64,000 bases of DNA, taken from positions 285,566 to 349,565 of the forward strand of contig CAVWER010000003.1 of the NCBI GenBank assembly GCA_963754215.1, written 5' to 3'. Source of the DNA: an uncultured Alphaproteobacteria bacterium (GTDB taxonomy: Bacteria; Pseudomonadota; Alphaproteobacteria; Sphingomonadales; Sphingomonadaceae). The translations under genes were made by a program, and so were the position numbers. This document shows positions 21,300-31,417 of the stretch, one piece after another. Each line of letters begins with the position of its first letter. Position 1 is the stretch's first letter. A model generated the notes under the pieces. That model did no database searches. It had not been told where the DNA came from and saw nothing but the letters and a program-made list of their open reading frames with translations.

Positions 21300-22211
21300 A
21301 TGAGCGATTGGCCCGAGCTAAGCCCCGAACGAGACCACGAGACTTTGACCTTGCTGCATCTGGCCGCGCAGATGCTGGGCAAGATCCGCGTCGCCCATGC
21401 GCCGTGGATGAATCACGGCTGGCACGTCGCACTCCAGCCCAATGCGCGCGGCCTCGCGACGCTGCCGACCGAGGCCAGCGACGGCCGGACTTTCACGCTG
21501 ACGCTCGACCTTTGCCGCCACGCGATCGTGATGTGGGCGAGTGATGAATCGCGCGAAGAGCTTCCGCTCAACGCCGGCAGCGTCGCCGCGCTCCATCACC
21601 GGCTCATTGCCTTGCTCGACCGCCACGAACTGCCGTCGACCTTCAACGGCATGCCCAACGAGATCGAAGGCGCGATCCCGTTCGCCGAAGACACGACGCG
21701 CCGGGAATACGACCGCAATTCGGCTGAGCGGCTGCGCGAAGCGCTGGCCGCGATGATTCCGGTGTTCGCGCGCTACCGCGCCGGTTTCGCTGGCAAGGCC
21801 AGCCCAGTGCAATTCTGGTGGGGCGGCTTCGATCTTGCCGTCAACGTCTATTCCGGCCGAGAAGCGCCGCCGCATCCTGGCGGAATGCCGGGCCTGCCCG
21901 ACCGCATCACGCGCGAAGCCTACAACCGCGAAGTCATCAGCGTTGGCTTCTGGGCAGGCGGCGCGGCACCGGTCGAGCCGATGTTCTACAGCTACATCTA
22001 TCCGGCGCCAGAGGGATATCGCGAAGCGAAGGTCGCTCATGGCCGCTTCGACGAGACGCTCGGCGAATTCGTCCTGTCTTATGCGCAAGTCCGCGCCGCG
22101 GACAATCCCAAGGCAATGCTCGGCGAGTTCCTGGAATCGGCCTATGTCGCGGCGGCCGAACTCGCCAAATGGGACCGCGCGATGCTCGAGCGGGAGCCAG
22201 TCGCGCCCTAG
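21300..22211 (+). CDS. DUF5996 family protein
   Basis: TLHL..QMLGK, WMNHGWH, GKASPVQFWWGGFDLAV, SVGFW.G, FYSYIYP.P.G. Confidence 0.75.
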   Translation: MSDWPELSPERDHETLTLLHLAAQMLGKIRVAHAPWMNHGWHVALQPNARGLATLPTEASDGRTFTLTLDLCRHAIVMWASDESREELPLNAGSVAALHHRLIALLDRHELPSTFNGMPNEIEGAIPFAEDTTRREYDRNSAERLREALAAMIPVFARYRAGFAGKASPVQFWWGGFDLAVNVYSGREAPPHPGGMPGLPDRITREAYNREVISVGFWAGGAAPVEPMFYSYIYPAPEGYREAKVAHGRFDETLGEFVLSYAQVRAADNPKAMLGEFLESAYVAAAELAKWDRAMLEREPVAP

Positions 22212-23195
22212 CGCGCGGGTTGGATGATCAGCACGTGAAGGTCGCGCGCCGGCCGCCAGTTGGCGTGCCGCACCTCATATTGCGTCGGGCCAATCTTCTT
22301 CACGCCAGTCTCGCAAAAGCTGACCAAATTGCCCGGCTTGCCCTTGTCGACCACCAGCCGGAAGCTGCCGATCGGTGAGCGCCAATTGGCACCGGTGGTG
22401 AGGATGTAATCGATCCACGTGTCGGGCATGCCCGGTCCATTCGTCTGGTCCTTCCGGGACAGGCGATCGACCGCCGCGAGGAACTCGCGGCCGATGCAAT
22501 AACGCTTGATCATCTGCCGGCTGTCGCTCGTTGTCCGGAATTGCTTGAAGGCGATTGCGCTTTCGACGCTGCCGCCGACGCCGGGGACGTAATTATGCTC
22601 GATGGCCAGGTCGCGCCCGGCCGGGAAGCGCTGCCGCCACCACATGCTGTCCTTGACCGTCCACAGCGGTATGAGGTGGTGCTTCATCCCTTGGCCGGTG
22701 TTGCCATATTCCTCGTCGCCGGCGAGCCCGAGCTTGACCAGACGAGCCTTCTGCGCCGGAGCTAGCTGGTCCATCGCCTTGGTCGCGTCGTTGATCGAAT
22801 CGGGTGCATTCGGGACCTTCAGCTGGCCGAGCAGCGCGGTGTAATCCTTGCCCTTGATCACCGCCTTTCGCTCGAGCCTGGCGGTAATCGGCCGGCCCGC
22901 CACGCGAAGTTCTAAAGTCCGACGGGTAACCGACGTCGCCGCCATATTCCTCGCCAAGGTCGCGGTCCGGCATCGGAAAGGCGACGATCGTATCCACGTC
23001 GCGCGGCGTGCGGTTGCGAAAGACGTAGCGGATCCGGATCCGGTCGGCCGAAACGAACAGATCCTCGGAGACCATGTCGACGGCATCGGTGCGCTGAAGC
23101 ACCAGGCCGCCCGCGCCGCTGCTCGCGGTCGTGTCGTTTGCCAGCGCCGAAGTCGCGAGCACAAGCCCCGCTCCGAAAACGATGATGCTGCGCAT
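22208..23195 (-). CDS. DUF4424 family secreted protein (frameshift near 22900)
   Basis: ANDTTA..GAGGL, MVSEDL, W.QRFPAG, YILTTGANW..PIG.FRLVVDKG. Confidence 0.78.
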
Positions 23196-23236
23196 GGCGT
23201 TGATCCCCCGCCGTCGTTCTACGCTCGCCCGCGCCC

Positions 23237-23272
23237 AAGAAAAAGGGCGCCAGGATTGCTCCCGGCGCCCTT
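23237..23272 (-). terminator. Rho-independent terminator after rplT
   Basis: AAGGGCGCC/GGCGCCCTT stem followed by T-tract on the minus strand. Confidence 0.8.
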
Positions 23273-23294
23273 CTCTGTTCGTGCCTGAGATGGC

Positions 23295-23663
23295 CTAAGC
23301 CGCCTTCTTCTCCAGCGCGCCCTTGGCCTGGGCGATGATCGCGCTGAAAGCCTCGCCTTCGTGCATCGCGATGTCGGCGAGCACCTTGCGATCGAGATTG
23401 ATGCCGGCGAGCTTGAGCGCGTGGATGAACTGGCCGTAGGTCAGGCCCTCCGCGCGCACCGCGGCGTTGATGCGCTGGATCCACAAAGCGCGGAAGCTGC
23501 GCTTCTTCACCTTGCGGTCGCGATAGGCGTATTGCCCGGCCTTCTCGACCGCCTGGCGGGCGATGCGGATGGTGTTCTTGCGGCGGCCGTAATAGCCCTT
23601 CGCATTGTCGAGGATGCGCTTGTGCTTGGCGCGGGTGGTTACACCCCGTTTGACGCGTGCCAT
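23295..23663 (-). CDS. rplT: 50S ribosomal protein L20
   Basis: [31 protein letters not shown]. Confidence 0.98.
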   Translation of the reverse strand: MARVKRGVTTRAKHKRILDNAKGYYGRRKNTIRIARQAVEKAGQYAYRDRKVKKRSFRALWIQRINAAVRAEGLTYGQFIHALKLAGINLDRKVLADIAMHEGEAFSAIIAQAKGALEKKAA

Positions 23664-23675
23664 GTTCCGGCCTCC

Positions 23676-23879
23676 TTACTTCAGGCCGTACGGGGCCCAG
23701 GCCTTCACGCGCGCCGTATCGGCGTCGGCGAGAATTTCTGTGCCGCGGTTCTGGCGAATGTACTTGGCGTTGTGGCTGATCAGCCGGTGGCGCTTGCCAG
23801 CGACGCCGTGCTTGATCTTTCCGCTCGCGGTGACGGTGAAGCGTTTCTTCACCCCGCTCTTGGTCTTCAGCTTGGGCAT
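23676..23879 (-). CDS. rpmI: 50S ribosomal protein L35
   Basis: MPKLKTKSGVKKRF; AAGGAG SD. Confidence 0.97.
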   Translation of the reverse strand: MPKLKTKSGVKKRFTVTASGKIKHGVAGKRHRLISHNAKYIRQNRGTEILADADTARVKAWAPYGLK

Positions 23880-23892
23880 TTTCGTCTCCTTG

Positions 23893-23920
23893 TGGGTCCT
23901 TCGCTTTCGCGAGGACGACG
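23893..23920 (-). repeat. CGTC-type REP-like hairpin directly upstream of the rpmI SD
   Basis: CGTCGTCCTCGCGAAAGCGAAGGACCCA; same ends (CGTCGTCCT...AGGACCCA) as the element at 33140. Confidence 0.6.
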
Positions 23921-24020
23921 TTTTTCGAACCGCCTCGGCAGCCCTAACTGGCCGGGCCATTCGGTTTTCCAATAAGTTGGAAGCGCGCGCCTATAGAGGC
24001 AGCGTCGCCATCAGGCAAGA

Positions 24021-24596
24021 TCAGTCGCGGCGGGCGGCATCGCTGGTCATGATCTGGCGGCCGAAGATCATGCATCCCAGCACGAACCACGCGGCCAACG
24101 CAAAGAAGCCGGCGATCACCGCTGCCAGCCAGCGAATCCAATGCGGGATCAGCCAGGCAGCATAGGTGATGCCCGACAGAGCGAGCACCATCGCGCCGAT
24201 CTTCAGCCAGTCGACCAGCTTGAAGCCGGGGAACTCCGTCAGCTCCTCGATCGGGTCGGTTGGCAGGAAAATGTCCGGGCCCTGCGGATCGTAAAGGACC
24301 AGCCCGTGGATTCTCGCGAGCGCAGTGATGTCCGCGAGAATTCGGTCATCGCCGCCCCAGCTGATGCTGAGATCGAGCAGCCGTCCCGTGTTCTCGGGCC
24401 CGTCGGCCCAAGGCGCAGTCCCCGTTTCCGGATCGAACGGCCACTGCGCGAGCAGCCGATCCAGCATGATGCGCAGGTCCTCGCTCGGCTCGAACGCGCT
24501 ATCGTCCTCGCGCTCGTACCACGGCTCGAGCAGCAGTTTCGCCTCGTCGGGATCGTCCGTGATGGGCGCCTTCCACAGGACCAGCGTCATGCTCAT
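24021..24596 (-). CDS. Hypothetical protein with two C-terminal TM helices
   Basis: Intact ORF after prs; GLVLYDPQ motif; hydrophobic C-terminus. Confidence 0.65.
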   Translation of the reverse strand: MSMTLVLWKAPITDDPDEAKLLLEPWYEREDDSAFEPSEDLRIMLDRLLAQWPFDPETGTAPWADGPENTGRLLDLSISWGGDDRILADITALARIHGLVLYDPQGPDIFLPTDPIEELTEFPGFKLVDWLKIGAMVLALSGITYAAWLIPHWIRWLAAVIAGFFALAAWFVLGCMIFGRQIMTSDAARRD

Positions 24597-24612
24597 CGTT
24601 GGTTCTGCCGCC

Positions 24613-25548
<936 letters not shown>

Positions 25549-25667
25549 CGCACCGATCCCCCAAGGACTTCCTCGCCTTAGCGACCGACCCGCTCTGCCG
25601 TAAAGGCACGTCCTGAGCGCGACGAAGGATTGCCGGAGCGCAGCCGTGCGTTAAAGGCGAGCGCAGC

Positions 25668-27329
25668 ATGACCGACCGCCTAAAGATTGCGTTCGCCCAG
25701 ATGAACCAGCGGGTCGGCGATCTCGAGGGCAATGCCGCCGCGATGCTCGACATGCGGCGGCGCGCGGCAGGGGCCGATTTGCTGATGTGCCCGGAACTTC
25801 AGCTGACCGGCTATCCGCCCGAGGATCTGGTGCTCAAGCCCGAGTTCGTTCGGCGCACGATGGAAACCGCGGAGAAACTGGTCGAGGCGACGATCGAGCC
25901 GGGACCGGCAATGCTGATCGGGACCATCGTCGCCGAAGGCAGCCTCAACTACAATGCCATGATCCTTGCCGACGGCGGCCGGATCGTCGGCCGCACGCTC
26001 AAGCGCGAGCTGCCCAACTACGGCACCTTCGACGAGAAGCGAGTCTTCGCGTCGGGGCCGTTGCCCGAGCCGATCGAGTTCCGCGGCGTGAAGCTCGGAG
26101 TTCCGGTCTGCGAGGACATCTGGCAGGAGGTGGTGTGCAGCCATCTCGCTGAAGCCGGCGCGGAACTGCTGCTGGTGCCAAACGGCAGCCCTTATGAGCT
26201 CGACAAGGACATATTGCGCGAGAAACTGGTGCGCTCGCGCGTGGTCGAGACGGGGCTTCCGCTCGCCTACATCAACCGCGTCGGAGGTCAGGACGAGCTG
26301 GCGTTCGACGGCTCCTCGTTCGTCATGCATCCGGACGGTGAGCGGGTCGTGCAAATGCCCGATTGGGAAGAGGCGCTGCTGGTCACCGACTGGGTTCGCG
26401 CTCCCGACGGCTGGCGGTGCGAAACGCGCTGCGAGCATGAGCTCGATGCCTTTCCGGCGGACGTTTATCGCGCGATGATGGTTGCGCTCCGCGATTACGT
26501 GACCCGCAACGGCTTTCCCGGCGTGATTCTCGGCCTGTCGGGCGGGATCGACAGTGCCCTCTCTGCCGCCGTCGCGGTCGATGCGCTCGGGCCCGAGAAG
26601 GTGTGGGGCGTGATGCTGCCGTCCAAATATACCAGCGACGAGAGCCTCGAGGACGCCCGCGAGTGCGCCCGCCTTTTGGGCTGCCGTCATGACGTCGTCT
26701 CGATCGCGCCTGGAGTCGATGCGCTCGACGGCATGCTTCCGCAGCTGTCCGGCCCGGCCGCCGAGAACGTCCAGGCGCGGCTTCGGATGGTCGCCTTGAT
26801 GGCGCTCTCCAACGCCCACGGCCAGATGCTGCTGACCACCGGCAACAAGAGCGAGATGTCGGTCGGCTATGCGACGCTCTACGGCGACATGGCCGGAGGC
26901 TATTCGGTACTCAAGGACGCTTACAAGCTGACGGTGTTCGCGCTGTCGCGGTGGCGCAACCAGCACCGGCCCGAAGGCGCGCTTGGCCCTGACGGACCGG
27001 TGATGCCCGCCCGCGTGATTGCCAAGCCGCCCTCGGCCGAGCTGCGTCCCGGCCAGAAAGACGAGGACAGCCTGCCGCCCTACGCCGTGCTCGACCGAAT
27101 CCTCGAAGGTCTGGTCGACAAGGAGCTGAGCGTAAGGGAGGTGGCCCAGGCGACTGGCGCGGACATGGCGCTCGTCGCCGACATCGAGGCCAAGCTGCTC
27201 AAGGCCGAATACAAGCGCCGCCAGGCACCGCCGGGGGTGAAGATCGGCAGCCGCAATTTCGGCCGCGACCGCCGCTACCCGATCAGCAACTTCTTCCACA
27301 CCGGTCCCGACGTGAAGCTGCCGCGATGA
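25668..27329 (+). CDS. nadE: Glutamine-dependent NAD+ synthetase
   Basis: Nitrilase domain (PEL..TGYPPEDL, LPNYGTFDEKR, CEDIW) plus SGGIDS, TGNKSE, PSAEL. Confidence 0.96.
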   Translation: MTDRLKIAFAQMNQRVGDLEGNAAAMLDMRRRAAGADLLMCPELQLTGYPPEDLVLKPEFVRRTMETAEKLVEATIEPGPAMLIGTIVAEGSLNYNAMILADGGRIVGRTLKRELPNYGTFDEKRVFASGPLPEPIEFRGVKLGVPVCEDIWQEVVCSHLAEAGAELLLVPNGSPYELDKDILREKLVRSRVVETGLPLAYINRVGGQDELAFDGSSFVMHPDGERVVQMPDWEEALLVTDWVRAPDGWRCETRCEHELDAFPADVYRAMMVALRDYVTRNGFPGVILGLSGGIDSALSAAVAVDALGPEKVWGVMLPSKYTSDESLEDARECARLLGCRHDVVSIAPGVDALDGMLPQLSGPAAENVQARLRMVALMALSNAHGQMLLTTGNKSEMSVGYATLYGDMAGGYSVLKDAYKLTVFALSRWRNQHRPEGALGPDGPVMPARVIAKPPSAELRPGQKDEDSLPPYAVLDRILEGLVDKELSVREVAQATGADMALVADIEAKLLKAEYKRRQAPPGVKIGSRNFGRDRRYPISNFFHTGPDVKLPR

Positions 27330-28648
27330 CAGTCGTGACCCGCTTTGCGCCGTCACCGACCGGCCGCCTGCACGTCGGCAATATCCGCACGGCGCTGCAC
27401 AACTATCTCTTCGCGCGGAAGCGTGGCGGCAAATTCATTCTCAGGATCGACGATACCGACCGCGAGCGCTCGACCATGGAATTCGATGAGGCGATCCGAG
27501 ATGACCTTGCCTGGCTTGGGCTGGTCCCGGACCAGATCGTCCGCCAGTCGGAGCGCTTCGACCTCTACAGCCGGGAGTTCGAACGGCTGAAGTCAGCTGG
27601 CCGCGTCTATGCCGCTTACGAAACGCCCGAGGAGCTCGAGCTTCGGCGCAAGGTGTTGCTCGGCCGCGGCTTGCCGCCGGTCTACGAGCGCCCGCCCGAG
27701 GGGGTTGCCCCGGCGCCCGAAGGCCGGGCGCCGCACTGGCGCTTCCGACTCGATCACGTGCACCCGATCGTGTGGACCGACCTCATTCGCGGCGAGCAGA
27801 AGTTCGATCCGAAATTGCTCAGCGACCCGGTCGTTCGGCGCGAGGACGGCAGCTGGCTCTATCTGCTGCCAAGCGTGATCGACGACGTCGATCTCGGCGT
27901 CACCCACGTGGTCCGCGGCGAGGACCATGTGTCGAACAGCGCCGTCCAGATACAGATGTTCGAGGCGCTCGGGTCTCCGCCGCCGGCCTTTGCGCACGAA
28001 GCGCTTCTGGTGGCGGCAGAGGGGAAATTGTCGAAGCGGCTCGGCTCCTATGGCGCCCCGCATTTGCGCGAGGAGGGTGTCGAGCCGATTGCCTTGCTCG
28101 ACGTGCTGGCGAGGATCGGGACTTCGCAGCCGGTCGAGCCCATCGCCGACATCGAAGCGCTCGCCGCGGATTTCGACTTTTCGATCTTCGGCCGCGCTCC
28201 GGCCCATTTCGACCCGCACGAGGTCGAGCTGATCAATGCGCGCCTGCTCCACAACCTGCCCTATTCGGACGTCGCGGACCGGTTGCCCGGCGGCGCGACC
28301 GAAGCGGATTGGCTGCTGCTCCGGCCCAACCTCGAGCGATTGTCCGATTTCGGCGGTTGGTTCGACGTGCTTCACGGCGAGATCGAGCCGCCCGAGCTCA
28401 GCCACGACGAGCGGCTGGTCGCGCGCGAGGCGGCCGCGGCTGCAGAAGCGATCGAATGGGCCGACAGGCCGTGGCGCGCACTGACCGAGCAGGTCAAGGT
28501 TTCGACCGGCAAGAAGGGCCGCGAGCTGTTCCACCCGCTCCGCCTCGCGCTGACAGGACGCGAGAGCGGGCCCGAAATGGCGGGGCTGGTCGAGCAGATG
28601 GGGAAGGCCCGCGCGCTCGAGCGCCTGAACGCCGCCGCGCGCCGATAG
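27326..28648 (+). CDS. gltX: Glutamate-tRNA ligase
   Basis: RFAPSPTG.LHVGN, LRIDDTD, RGEDH, KLSKR. Confidence 0.93.
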   Translation: MTVVTRFAPSPTGRLHVGNIRTALHNYLFARKRGGKFILRIDDTDRERSTMEFDEAIRDDLAWLGLVPDQIVRQSERFDLYSREFERLKSAGRVYAAYETPEELELRRKVLLGRGLPPVYERPPEGVAPAPEGRAPHWRFRLDHVHPIVWTDLIRGEQKFDPKLLSDPVVRREDGSWLYLLPSVIDDVDLGVTHVVRGEDHVSNSAVQIQMFEALGSPPPAFAHEALLVAAEGKLSKRLGSYGAPHLREEGVEPIALLDVLARIGTSQPVEPIADIEALAADFDFSIFGRAPAHFDPHEVELINARLLHNLPYSDVADRLPGGATEADWLLLRPNLERLSDFGGWFDVLHGEIEPPELSHDERLVAREAAAAAEAIEWADRPWRALTEQVKVSTGKKGRELFHPLRLALTGRESGPEMAGLVEQMGKARALERLNAAARR

Positions 28649-28693
28649 CCACGAATTCTCGCAAGCGTCCGATTTTCCGGCTTGGCGGACGGC

Positions 28694-28710
28694 ATGTTAT
28701 GATGTAACAT
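28694..28710. promoter_or_regulatory. Zur-like box upstream of tonB
   Basis: ATGTTATG-A-TGTAACAT, two mismatches to the proteobacterial Zur core ATGTTATA-N-TATAACAT. Confidence 0.55.
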
Positions 28711-28744
28711 TGCGCTCATCCAAATTGCGTGAAGGAGGGGTATA

Positions 28745-29398
28745 ATGCTCGCTTACGCCGCCAGTCGTCCGATCGTCGCCGACCGCCCGTCGAGCCCCAG
28801 CACCTTGTTGGTCGTGATCGGCCTTCACGCCGCGGTTCTCGCGGTAGTGATGAGCGCAAAATTGGATTTGCCAGGGCGGATCCTGAACCCGCCGATCGGC
28901 GTCGAGTTAATTCCGACGCCCAAGCCCCCTCCTCCGACACACCAAAATCCGACCCGGCCTCAGCCCAACGAAAGTCAGATCGACCACACAGCCTCCGTCG
29001 TGCCAATCAAGGTGCCCGGCCCGGTTGCCGTTGACCAAACCCCCGTGGATCCGGGCCCGACCGTCGGACCTCCGACCTTTACGGTCCCCGATCCGCCGCG
29101 CCCGGTCGAGCTTGCGCGGAGCGAAGCCCGGCTCCTCACCCCGGCCTGGGACCTCAAGCCACCCTATCCGGCCTCGAAGATTGCCAGCGAAGAGGAGGCC
29201 GTGCTCCAGCTCCGGATCACCATCGACGAGCGCGGACGCGTGATTGCGGTCGAGCCGCTAGGGCGGGTCGATCCGGCATTCCTCGAGTCGGCCCGGCGCC
29301 ACCTTCTCTCTCACTGGCGCTATAAGCCGGCGATCGAGGGCGGACGCCCCGTGACGTCGTCGATGGTGATCAGGCTTCGCTTCCAGCTCGACGGCTGA
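28745..29398 (+). CDS. Energy transducer TonB family protein
   Basis: N-terminal TM with S..H, Pro-rich linker, PPYP...I.IDERGRV...WRYKPA. Confidence 0.85.
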   Translation: MLAYAASRPIVADRPSSPSTLLVVIGLHAAVLAVVMSAKLDLPGRILNPPIGVELIPTPKPPPPTHQNPTRPQPNESQIDHTASVVPIKVPGPVAVDQTPVDPGPTVGPPTFTVPDPPRPVELARSEARLLTPAWDLKPPYPASKIASEEEAVLQLRITIDERGRVIAVEPLGRVDPAFLESARRHLLSHWRYKPAIEGGRPVTSSMVIRLRFQLDG

Positions 29399-29446
29399 GG
29401 CGCGGCGCCACTGGCGGTCGCGCGCCGACCGCCCTATCTTTGACCC

Positions 29447-29767
29447 ATGTCGTGGTTCCCGCGCCCGGTCAGCCCTTGGGCCGCCATCGCCGACCTTCGC
29501 GCTTTCATGCGCCAGCGCAGCCGCGAGCAGGTGATCGGCGGCGCGCTCGCGGTGCTGGTCACGGCGATCATCGTCATCGAATTCCTGGTCGATGCCAAGA
29601 TCGGCACAGCGCCGCCGCCGCAGGTGGTCGAGGTCGAGCTCTACGCGCCGAACCGGACCGACGCCGAGATCGTCGCCGACCAGAAGAAGGACCAGGCGGC
29701 CAAGGACGCCGCGATCAAAGAGCGGCAACGGCAATTCCAGAAGCTCGAGAACCAGCTCGGGATGTAG
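29447..29767 (+). CDS. Hypothetical single-TM membrane protein
   Basis: Intact ORF, one TM, RTDAEI and charged C-terminal helix; abuts ribD. Confidence 0.7.
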   Translation: MSWFPRPVSPWAAIADLRAFMRQRSREQVIGGALAVLVTAIIVIEFLVDAKIGTAPPPQVVEVELYAPNRTDAEIVADQKKDQAAKDAAIKERQRQFQKLENQLGM

Positions 29768-29785
29768 AGTCCCGACCGCCGGTTC

Positions 29786-30745
29786 ATGGCCGAGGCGGTC
29801 CGGCTGGGCGAGGAGTCGCGCGGCCGCAGCGCCCCCAATCCCAATGTCGGCTGCGTGATCGTCTCGCCGGGTGGCAAGATCGTCGGCCGCGGCGCCACCG
29901 CCGCCGGGGGCCGGCCGCACGCCGAGGCGATTGCGCTGGAGCAGGCCGGGCGGCGCGCAAAGGGCGCCACCGTCTATGTGACGCTCGAGCCCTGCGCGCA
30001 CGCCAGCGAGCGCGGGCCGGCCTGCGCCGACCTGTTGATCAAGGCGAAGCCGGCGCGAGTCGTGGTCGCGCTCAAGGACCCCGATCCGCGCACCGCGGGC
30101 AAGGGCATCAAACGTCTGCGCGCCGCGGGGATCGACGTGAAGCTCGGCGTCGGGCGCGAGGACGGCGAAGCGATCGCTCGCCGGCTGGCTCACGCGAATG
30201 AAGCTCGGCCGCCCGCGCGTCACGCTCAAGCTGGCGCTGTCGATCGACGGCAAGATCGCGCTTGCCGTCGGGCGAATCGAAGTGGATCACCGGCGAGGAT
30301 GCGCGCCGCCACGTCCATCTCGAGCGCGCCCGCAGCGACATGATCCTGGTCGGGCGCGGGACCTATCTGGCCGACGCTCCCAAGCTCGATGTCCGGCTGC
30401 CGGGGCTCGAGGAGCGGTCGCCACGGCGCGCGCTCCTGACCCGCGGCGACGCGGTCGACGGCTGGGAAGTGCTTGATTCGTCCGCAGGATGTGCACCGAC
30501 TTCATGACGTCAACGACCTGCTGGTCGAGGGCGGATCGGCGACCGCCACCGCCTTTCTCGCGGCCGGCCTGGTCGACCGCATGCTGATCTACCGCGCGCC
30601 GATCATCGTCGGCGAGGGCAAGTCGTCGTTCGGCTATGTCGGGCTCGACGCGATCGCCGACGCCCACGGCCGCTGGCGGCTGGTCGACGAGCAGCGGCTC
30701 GGCGTCGACCGGCTCGAAGTTTACGAGCGGGTGCGGGGCGGCTAG
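29786..30745 (+). CDS. ribD: RibD deaminase/reductase (frameshifted; start approximate)
   Basis: [42 protein letters not shown]. Confidence 0.92.
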
Positions 30746-30754
30746 GCGGCGGCC

Positions 30755-31364
30755 ATGTTCACCGGGATCGTCACCGACGTCGGAACCGTGACGAGCGCCG
30801 AGCAGCGCGGCGACCTGCGGCTGCAGATCGCGACCGGCTACGACCTCGATACGTCGATCTCGGCGCGTCGATCGCCTGCTCGGGCGTCTGCCTGACCGTG
30901 GTCGACAAGGGCGACGACTGGTTCGCGGTCGATGTTTCGGGCGAAACGCAGAGCCGCACGGCCGCAGGGCCTGTGGCGCGAAGGGGCCAAGCTCAACCTC
31001 GAGCGCTCGCTGCGCATGGGCGACGAGCTCGGCGGCCATATCGTGACCGGGCATGTCGATGCGGTCGGCGAGGTCGTCGAAGCGCGCGTCCGAGGGCGAT
31101 TCGGTCGCGAATCGGCGTCCGCGTGCCGAGCGAGCTCGGCGCCGATGATCGCGCCCAAGGGCTCGATCGCGCTCGACGGCGTGTCGCTGACGGTCAACGA
31201 GGTCGACGATCGCCGACGACGGAACGCGCTTCTCGGTCAACATCATCCCCCACACGGCGCAGCAGACGACCTTCGCCGAAATCGCCGCTGGACGACAGCT
31301 TAATGTCGAGGTCGACGTGCTCGCCCGCTATATCCAGCGGATGATTGCCGCTCGCGCACATTAG
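30755..31364 (+). CDS. ribE: Riboflavin synthase alpha chain (frameshifted)
   Basis: MFTGIV start, [45 protein letters not shown]. Confidence 0.92.
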
Positions 31365-31386
31365 GAACAGATTTGTTCCTTCTTTC

Positions 31387-31406
31387 TATCACATTGCAAT
31401 GTGATA
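31387..31406. promoter_or_regulatory. Perfect 20-bp palindrome, candidate operator
   Basis: TATCACATTG-CAATGTGATA in an AT-rich ribE-ribB gap, ending 11 bp before ATG 31418. Confidence 0.75.
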
Positions 31407-31417
31407 TATGAGCGCCA

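Noticed and set aside
25680-27356. Long antisense ORFs, for example opposite nadE, pheT, PBP1A, dnaN and gyrB
   Set aside because: Expected shadow ORFs of high-GC codon usage with no recognisable motifs.
29400-29786. FMN riboswitch ahead of the rib operon
   Set aside because: The space is occupied by a coding gene and no RFN consensus (AGGGCGGGG...AATTCCCGACCG) is visible.
31364-31406. ribB upstream repeats as a CRP/FNR site or LexA box
   Set aside because: The palindrome is TCACA-N6-TGTGA, the everted form of the CRP site, and GAAC-N6-GTTC matches neither the alphaproteobacterial nor the Gram-positive LexA spacing.
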